From Polyangiales bacterium (GTDB lineage Bacteria > Myxococcota_A > Polyangia > Polyangiales > Polyangiaceae), in contig JBBRNJ010000006.1 in assembly GCA_038230375.1 (NCBI GenBank), positions 64,001 through 128,000 of the forward strand: DNA of 64,000 nt, written 5' to 3'. The notes beneath the pieces are model-generated. The model was not told the origin of the DNA. It saw nothing but the letters and a program-made list of their open reading frames with translations, and did not search any database. The translations under genes were made by a program, and so were the position numbers. Below, piece after piece: positions 57,774 through 64,000 of this stretch. Position 1 is the stretch's first letter. Each line of letters opens with the position of its first letter.

Positions 57774-59579
57774 TCAATTGCCGGGCTCGTCCTTGTACGG
57801 GTTCGGCGGCGGAGCACCATTCGTGGCCGTGGTCGTGGTCGTCGGCTTCGCCGTGGGGGCGCCGGGGGTGCTCGTGTGGCCGCCAGGCAGGTGCTTTGCG
57901 GTGGTCGCGGTGGTCGCCGTCTTCGCGGAGCCGACCGCCGAAGGAGCCCCGCTGCCAGGAGAGGTGCCCAGCTCGCTCGTGCTGAGCGCGGCAGCGGAGG
58001 CAGGCCCGCGCGGGCCGCTCACACTGGCCGCGTTTGCCGCGCTGGCGCTGCCGCCCGTGGGGTCTCCGTTCGCCGCGTTCTGCGAGCGATTGAGCGCCAC
58101 GTAGATCACGCCGGACGCGACCACGAGCGCGAGTGCGCCCGCGGCGATCGCGTAGACGATGCCGTTGCTGCGGACCGGCAAGCTCACGCTCATGTCGTCG
58201 AACGCGGGCTGCGAGTACGCCGCCACAGGTGCGCGGAGGTGCGGATTGCTCGGCTCGGGGAGTGCGATGACCGGTGCGCTCGAGAGCGTGCGCGGCTGGC
58301 TCCCCGTGGGCGGTGACGAGATCAACGTGGCCCCGCCCTGCTCCTTCAACGTGGGGATGGGAGACGTGAGCGGCTGCGTGGCGGAGCCGATGATGGGCGC
58401 GGTGTTGGACGCAACCGCGTTCGACGTCACGGTCGGCGCTACGTTGGGCAACGTATGCGACAGCACGTTCGGCGCCGTGTTCGACCCCATGGGCGCCGTC
58501 TCTGGCAGCGTGGTCGGAGGCGCGGACGTGAGCGTCGAGTTGATGTCGCGCTCCGTAGCGGGGCCCGGCGTCTGCGGCCCGACGCTGGCGATCGCGGGCT
58601 CCATCGCCATGCGCGCGCGGATGAGCGTTCGTCGTTCGTCGAGGTCGGCGCCAACGGCAGCGCGTACGAGCGCCGCGACATCCGTGTGGCTCGCGACCAG
58701 GCCCGCCTCGCGCGCCGCCGTCTCGAGCGCGGCGCCCATTGCGGCAGCGGTCTGGAAGCGATCTTCGCGCTGCTTCTCGACGGCCGCAGCGACCACGTGA
58801 TCGAGAGCGGGCGTTGCCTGAGGCACGAGCGAGGACACCGCGGGCGCCTGGTACGAGAGCACGCGCTGCAACGTCACAGCCTCATGATCTCCCCGGAAGA
58901 GTCGCTTGCCGGTGAGCGCCTCCCACAGCACCACGCCCATGCCGAACACGTCGAAGCGGCGGTCGATCGTCTCGCCCTGGAGGTACTCGGGCGCCATGTA
59001 TGCGAGCTTGCCTTTGAGTTGCCCCTCCTCCGTGTTGGCTTGCCTGCGCGCGATCTTCGCGATGCCGAAGTCCGTGACGCGTGCGACGCCATCGGTGCCC
59101 ACCAGGATGTTCTGCGGCGACACGTCGCGATGAACGAGGCCGATGAAGCGGCCCTTGTCGTCCGTGAGCTCGTGCGCGGCATGCAGACCGGCGCATGCGT
59201 CCAGCACGATGCGCACGGCGACCGCAGGCGGAAGCGCGGCGATCCCCTTGGACGCGGCGACGAGCAGCTCACCGAGCGACGCGCCCTCGATGTAGTCCAT
59301 CACGAGGCTGATGTTGTCCTTGTCGAGCTCCACGTCGCGCACGTCGACCACGTTCGCGTGATGGATCATGGAGGCGAGCTGCGCCTCCGCCAGGAGCTCC
59401 CGCCGGAAGTCAGCGTTGCCCACCAGGTGCGGGTGCGGCTTCTTGATCGCCACGAGCTGACGGAAGCCGAGCGCACCACGCACGGTGCCCACGTACACCG
59501 TGGCCATCCCGCCAGACGCGAGCTTCAGGATTGTCTCGTAACGTAGCGAGCCGCCGATGGTGCGGCTACCGGCAGCCAT
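57774..59579 (-). CDS. Ser/Thr protein kinase, single TM
   Basis: LASGGMA, VAIK, HRDVSPQN, DFG, KGKLAYMAPE; C-terminal PNPY. Confidence 0.95.
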   Translation of the reverse strand: MAAGSRTIGGSLRYETILKLASGGMATVYVGTVRGALGFRQLVAIKKPHPHLVGNADFRRELLAEAQLASMIHHANVVDVRDVELDKDNISLVMDYIEGASLGELLVAASKGIAALPPAVAVRIVLDACAGLHAAHELTDDKGRFIGLVHRDVSPQNILVGTDGVARVTDFGIAKIARRQANTEEGQLKGKLAYMAPEYLQGETIDRRFDVFGMGVVLWEALTGKRLFRGDHEAVTLQRVLSYQAPAVSSLVPQATPALDHVVAAAVEKQREDRFQTAAAMGAALETAAREAGLVASHTDVAALVRAAVGADLDERRTLIRARMAMEPAIASVGPQTPGPATERDINSTLTSAPPTTLPETAPMGSNTAPNVLSHTLPNVAPTVTSNAVASNTAPIIGSATQPLTSPIPTLKEQGGATLISSPPTGSQPRTLSSAPVIALPEPSNPHLRAPVAAYSQPAFDDMSVSLPVRSNGIVYAIAAGALALVVASGVIYVALNRSQNAANGDPTGGSASAANAASVSGPRGPASAAALSTSELGTSPGSGAPSAVGSAKTATTATTAKHLPGGHTSTPGAPTAKPTTTTTATNGAPPPNPYKDEPGN

Positions 59580-59592
59580 TCTCGTGAGCGTA

Positions 59593-60675
59593 TCAGAAGT
59601 CCAACGCGAACGAGGCGGATGCGCCGTGAGGAGTCACGCCGGCCGACACGCGCGGCGCGCCTTCCTTGCCGTTGCTGCTCGACCAGCGCGTGAAGGCGAG
59701 CGCGATGACGGCGGTCGTGATGCCGACAGCGGCGGTCGCCCCACCGAGCACATACGTGATGGTCTGCTCGTCCTTGCCCTTTTTCGCCGTATCCGAGCAT
59801 CCCGAGGCTGCGAGCTGATTGCAGCCGTCCTTCGTGAACTTCGAGTGGATGTCGTTCGTGTCGATGGCGACGGCGGCCGTGAGTCCACCGAGGACCACGG
59901 TGGTGCCGAGGCCGATCCAGACGAAGGTCGGAGAAAGGCCGGAGTCAGAGGAAGGGCGAGGTGTCGGGGTCGGGGTCGAGGTCGGGGTCGAGGTCGGGGT
60001 CGAGGTCGAGGTCGAGGTCGGGGTCGAGGTCGAGGTCGGGGTCGAGGTCGACGTCGGGGTCGGGGTCGAGGTCGACGTCGGGGTTGGAGTCGGGGTCGGA
60101 GTCGGAGCTGGCGCTGGGGGGGCCACGTCCTGTTGCGCGTCGGCCTTCAGATCGATCAGGCGCTGGTGGGTGTCGTTGCCGACCTGGATGACGACGGTGT
60201 GCTGGCCCGCGCTTGCCCATGTGAGCTTGCCGATCGGGAGCGGCTTTCCGTCCAGCGTCGCGAGGCACGACGTGGGAGCTGGCGTGCCGGTATCGTTGCA
60301 TACTGCACGCAATTGGCCGGCGCGGTGCGCGAAGGCGGCGCGTGCCTTGGTGAGGCTCGCGTCCAGTGCGGGTGTGGTGGCGCCCCGCTTCGCGCGCTCG
60401 ATGAGCTCGGTGCCCAGGCCCGGCGTGTCGGCCTTGATCGCCTCGTCGAGCGCGGCCTGCAACGCGACGGGGCTCGGTGCGATCTCGTCCGCGGTCGCGT
60501 ACTCGGCGGCGGCGGTGGCGAAGTCGCCTCGCTGGTGCGCCGCGGTGCCGCGATCGTAGGCGTCACGCGCGCGCGTCTTGTCGTTCGCGCCCTCCGCGCT
60601 GGCGAGGCGCGGGCCGACAACGAAGGAAAGCGCCACGGCCACGGCGATTCCACGAAAGAGGGGCGCAACTCGCAT
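59593..60675 (-). CDS. Secreted TPR/PEGA-like protein with (PT/ST)n linker and C-terminal membrane segments
   Basis: Signal peptide, ARDAYDRG TPR-like start, AGQHTVVI, two hydrophobic helices, terminal beta strand ending in F. Confidence 0.75.
   Translation of the reverse strand: MRVAPLFRGIAVAVALSFVVGPRLASAEGANDKTRARDAYDRGTAAHQRGDFATAAAEYATADEIAPSPVALQAALDEAIKADTPGLGTELIERAKRGATTPALDASLTKARAAFAHRAGQLRAVCNDTGTPAPTSCLATLDGKPLPIGKLTWASAGQHTVVIQVGNDTHQRLIDLKADAQQDVAPPAPAPTPTPTPTPTSTSTPTPTSTSTPTSTSTPTSTSTSTPTSTPTSTPTPTPRPSSDSGLSPTFVWIGLGTTVVLGGLTAAVAIDTNDIHSKFTKDGCNQLAASGCSDTAKKGKDEQTITYVLGGATAAVGITTAVIALAFTRWSSSNGKEGAPRVSAGVTPHGASASFALDF
59962..60106. repeat. GTCGAG/GTCGGG hexamer run encoding PTSTST repeats on the minus strand
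   Basis: Read directly from sequence. Confidence 0.9.
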
Positions 60676-60800
60676 CAGCCCATGAGGGTAAACCGGCATC
60701 GCGGCGCTGTATACCGCGCGCACCACCGCTGGTTCGCGCGGCCGTGTGGATGTATACAGAGGCGTGATTCAGGGCAAGGCGTGAGCCGGGCCGCATCCAC

Positions 60801-60882
60801 ACACGGGTGGCGAAATTGGCATACGCAGCGGATTTAGGTTCCGCCGCCGCAAGGCATAGGGGTTCAAGTCCCCTCCCGTGTA
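60801..60882 (+). tRNA. tRNA-Leu(TAG), CCA not encoded
   Basis: ACACGGG/CCCGTGT acceptor stem, GCGGA-TTTAGGT-TCCGC anticodon arm, long variable arm, GGTTCAAGTCC T arm. Confidence 0.95.
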
Positions 60883-60930
60883 CTCACTTCGTTCGTAGAC
60901 AGAAGATTCGTACTTCCGTCGAGGCTACCT

Positions 60931-63297
60931 TCACGGAGGAGGGGTGGCGAGCCACTTTGCTGCGAGTCCCTCGCGCTGCCGATCCACGATCGCGTTCGCA
61001 CGAACGATCTTTCCATCGAGACGAAGCGTCGTCGATGCGAGAGCGTCTCCTGTCGCTGCACCTGCGCGGACGTCGAACGTTCCGTCGCTCGCGATCGCGA
61101 GCGTGCCCCATCCGTCACCGACAGGAACGCGCTCGAGATCGAGCCATGAACCGTTGGTACGCAGGAAGAAGACCCCGCTGACGCCAGGAAACGCGCTGAA
61201 TCGCCCGTCGGGCGCGGTGCATCCTTCTGTGTTGGAAGGATTGCCGTAGTGCATGTGGTGCGGAGGTGGCGCAACGACCTTCTTGCCCGTCGCCATCTCG
61301 ACGAGCGCTCCGTCCTCTGCGACCCATCCTTCACGCAGCACCACGGCGCCGTGCGAGAGCGAGAACGGGAGCGTGCCCTCCTTCTTGCCCGTCGCCGTCG
61401 TCCATACGTCGGTCGGTCGTTCCATCATGAGCGTGCTGGTGTCGTTGGTCGCGATCGTGAGGAGCTTCGCGCCGTCGACGGAGAACGCGATCACAGGAAC
61501 AGAGCTGAACAAGTCGTGACCGGCAGGGGCGCTCGCGATGGTGCGGAGCTTCGCGCCGCTCTTCGCGTCGAAGAGATTGACCCCTCCCTTCTCGAGCGAG
61601 ACGGCGACGACGTCGCTCGCGCGTGACCACGCGGCGACCGATCCTTTGTCGATCTCCACGCCCGCGAGGCGCGCCGTGATCTTGCCCGTCCTCGCGTCGA
61701 AAATGCGTGCTTGCTCCTTCTCTGCACCGATCGAGCCCAGACCCGCCGATTTGCGCGCGTTCGGGTCGCGCCATTGTGGAAGACCGACGAAGTTTCGTCC
61801 GTCCGGAGAGGCGCGGAGCTCTCCCGACGGGGTACCGCCCTCGAACGTGACGACGCGGGATTCGCCGGTCGCAAGCTCCACGTCGCGGAGCTCACTCGTG
61901 CGGTCCACGTAGAACGAAGCTCGCGTTCCGTCGGCACTCACCGCGAGGGGCGAATTCCGTCGTCCAGCTGGAGGTGGAGCGCTGGGAAGAACGATGAGCT
62001 CGCCGGCATCGATCTTCACGTACGCGAGTCCGAGCTCGGTATCAGCGACGACAACGACACGCCCATCCTTGCTGCATGCTACCGACGCGTCGCTCGCCAT
62101 CGTGTCCGAGATTCGCCTCACCGGCCGCAGCGTCAAGGCGTCGTACACGGCGACGCCTTTGCTTCCGACGACGAGCTCCTTGGCATCGCCGGTCCACGCG
62201 ACGGAAAAGAGGTTGTCGCGCGTCGGGCCGAACGCCTTCCACCCGTTCGAATCAACGTCGACGATGTACGACGAGCCGGAGCCCAGTACCGCGAGGCGTT
62301 TGCCGTCCGCGCTCCAGGCGAGCCCTTCAAGGCGCGTCACACGGCTGGGACCTGCATCGGGACGATCAGCGAGGTCGCTCGATGCGTCGGGAACGAGGGT
62401 CGCCGTCACCGCTCCCTTCGCGACGTCGATGATCGTGATCGCTGCATGATGGGAGACGTTTCGAAGGAGGGCGAGGCGACGCCCTTCGGGATCGAGCTCC
62501 TGGTCGAGCACGATGTTCGTCGAGTCGCCTGCGACTGTCGTCTTCAGCGCACCGGTGGTCCCGTCGTACAGCGAGACGCCGTTGGTCCGGCTCACTGCCA
62601 CGGCGATCGTCTTTTCGTCCTGGCTCCACACGAGGTGAGAGCCGAGCGCGGGGAGCGTGAAGCGTGGCGTCACCGCGCCGGTAGCGAGCGCGATCGAGGA
62701 AACGCGTCCGTCAGAGAGCGACCACATGACGCTTGCGTCGTCGCGTGACCACGTGAAGCCACCGACGACACCGTCCATCGTCTGGGACCGTTCCGTCGGC
62801 GTCTCCTGCAGCGTCGCGCGCCATACGAGCTCGGGTTCCGGTCTGGTGACGTCGAAGATCAAGAGGTCGCGGCCCGCGGCGAGCGCGAGGTGCTTGCTGT
62901 CGTGGCTGAAGATCGCGCGACGCTTGTCGGAGAGCGGTGCGTTCAGGGTGGTCACGTGGGCGCCGGTCGCGCGCTCGTACAGCATCGCCTTGCCATAGCC
63001 ACCCCAGGTGACGATCCACTTTCCGTCAGGGCTCGTCGCCGCGTGGACAAGGCCCTCGCCCTGGAGATCCGTGTCGAGCGTGCGATGAGGCGCGTTCGCG
63101 TCGAAGGCATCCTGATCGTCGGGTAGCGTGGAATACGTGCGCGCGACGATGATCGACTTGCTCGCGCCGTTCCCGCCGTCCGCTGCCGCGTCGCCGGCGT
63201 TCGTCCCAGCGCCGTCGCGCGCGCACGTCTGGGCGCAGGCGCCGAGCGTCGCGAGCGCGAGGATGGAGAGGCCAGGGACGAAGAGAGCGCGTCTCAT
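60931..63297 (-). CDS. WD40/beta-propeller repeat lipoprotein
   Basis: ATLGAC lipobox at MRRALF; repeated (W/F)SxDG blades. Confidence 0.85.
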   Translation of the reverse strand: MRRALFVPGLSILALATLGACAQTCARDGAGTNAGDAAADGGNGASKSIIVARTYSTLPDDQDAFDANAPHRTLDTDLQGEGLVHAATSPDGKWIVTWGGYGKAMLYERATGAHVTTLNAPLSDKRRAIFSHDSKHLALAAGRDLLIFDVTRPEPELVWRATLQETPTERSQTMDGVVGGFTWSRDDASVMWSLSDGRVSSIALATGAVTPRFTLPALGSHLVWSQDEKTIAVAVSRTNGVSLYDGTTGALKTTVAGDSTNIVLDQELDPEGRRLALLRNVSHHAAITIIDVAKGAVTATLVPDASSDLADRPDAGPSRVTRLEGLAWSADGKRLAVLGSGSSYIVDVDSNGWKAFGPTRDNLFSVAWTGDAKELVVGSKGVAVYDALTLRPVRRISDTMASDASVACSKDGRVVVVADTELGLAYVKIDAGELIVLPSAPPPAGRRNSPLAVSADGTRASFYVDRTSELRDVELATGESRVVTFEGGTPSGELRASPDGRNFVGLPQWRDPNARKSAGLGSIGAEKEQARIFDARTGKITARLAGVEIDKGSVAAWSRASDVVAVSLEKGGVNLFDAKSGAKLRTIASAPAGHDLFSSVPVIAFSVDGAKLLTIATNDTSTLMMERPTDVWTTATGKKEGTLPFSLSHGAVVLREGWVAEDGALVEMATGKKVVAPPPHHMHYGNPSNTEGCTAPDGRFSAFPGVSGVFFLRTNGSWLDLERVPVGDGWGTLAIASDGTFDVRAGAATGDALASTTLRLDGKIVRANAIVDRQREGLAAKWLATPPP

Positions 63298-63391
63298 GTC
63301 CGGCAAGGCACGCGCTCGGCGAGCTTTTTCATGTCGCGGTGATAGTTGATCTTCACCACGCCCCCCGACAAATCGTTCCAAGTTGAATTGC

Positions 63392-64000
63392 CTAGAAGCT
63401 ACCCATGACGAAGAGGCCGGCACTCTGCGGCGACGCGGCCGGCACGACGCGCACGGGCGTCGTGTACCAGTAGAAGGTGGTCGCGATGGCGGTGGCAAGA
63501 CCGACGACGCCAAGGCCATAGCCGAAGTACGAGCCCGCAAGCGCCGACCTGTGATCGCTCCGGGCGCTCGAGAGATCGCTGCATGCGCTCGGCAGTGGTG
63601 TGCCCCTGCACGCCGCGGCTGCACCGAGCTTCGCGTTCGCGACCTGGATGCGGTCGTCCGCGTCGATCGCAGCATTGGACGTGAGGACACCGACGATGAT
63701 GCCGGTGACGCCAACGACCGCGAGTCCCGCGGTGATGCCGACGCGCGTGCCGGTCCACGTTCGCTCCTCGCCCACCGGCGCGTCCGTCGGATGATCGGGC
63801 GCGGTGGCCGTGTCTTTCGCAACGGGCTCTGTCGGTGTGGGCTCGACACGCGCTGGCGTCTCCGGCCCGGCGTCACGCGGCTGCACGTCTTCTGCGGGCG
63901 TCGTCCCGGCGTCCTCCAGCGGACCCGCGACGTCGGCGTGCGCGGGGCCCGTCAGCGCCCAGATGCACACGAGGCTCGCCGCACCGAGTTTGATGGATCT
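63392..64000 (-). CDS. Secreted/membrane protein similar to PEGA-protein C-termini, start outside the window
   Basis: Frame open to the window edge; two hydrophobic helices around a Cys pair; terminal GLFVMGSF. Confidence 0.65.
   Translation of the reverse strand, partial: RSIKLGAASLVCIWALTGPAHADVAGPLEDAGTTPAEDVQPRDAGPETPARVEPTPTEPVAKDTATAPDHPTDAPVGEERTWTGTRVGITAGLAVVGVTGIIVGVLTSNAAIDADDRIQVANAKLGAAAACRGTPLPSACSDLSSARSDHRSALAGSYFGYGLGVVGLATAIATTFYWYTTPVRVVPAASPQSAGLFVMGSF

Noticed and set aside
63298..63876. N-terminal extension of the 981-aa WD40 ORF
   Set aside because: It overlaps the 63392 gene in another frame; the signal peptide and lipobox begin at ATG 63297.
60883..64000. Genomic island after tRNA-Leu
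   Set aside because: No integrase or att duplication is visible in the window, and the genes are of typical host types.

Overview
GC-rich chromosomal window from a myxobacterium. The mglBA pair, a FrzS-like pseudo-receiver, three Ser/Thr kinases, an FHA-sigma54 activator and many Cys/Gly-rich lipoproteins point to Myxococcota, most likely Polyangiales (inference). It holds about 60 genes, tRNA-Arg(CCG) and tRNA-Leu(TAG). Housekeeping genes include a gpsA-like gene, ctaA, queD, pdxH, hisIE, add and an mtaD-like gene. No CRISPR array, integrase or transposase was found. Main points of interest: (1) a minimal chemosensory operon next to the frzS-like gene, made of REC-DUF4388 with a split MshEN-like motif, CheW, a soluble MCP with a degenerate tip, and a two-Hpt CheA that reads in frame into a RimI acetyltransferase, with no cheR/cheB; (2) a 41-aa, very basic ORF missed by the ORF track; (3) a 145-bp ERIC-like palindromic element beside a 26-bp hairpin tandem array; (4) a TAnnnT-N6-9-start-codon signature at 13 genes, suggesting leaderless mRNAs; (5) a head-less CCA-enzyme-like HD protein and a motif-permuted DHH phosphoesterase; (6) gene debris 3' of tRNA-Arg. 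All calls come from reading motifs by eye; no database searches were run.
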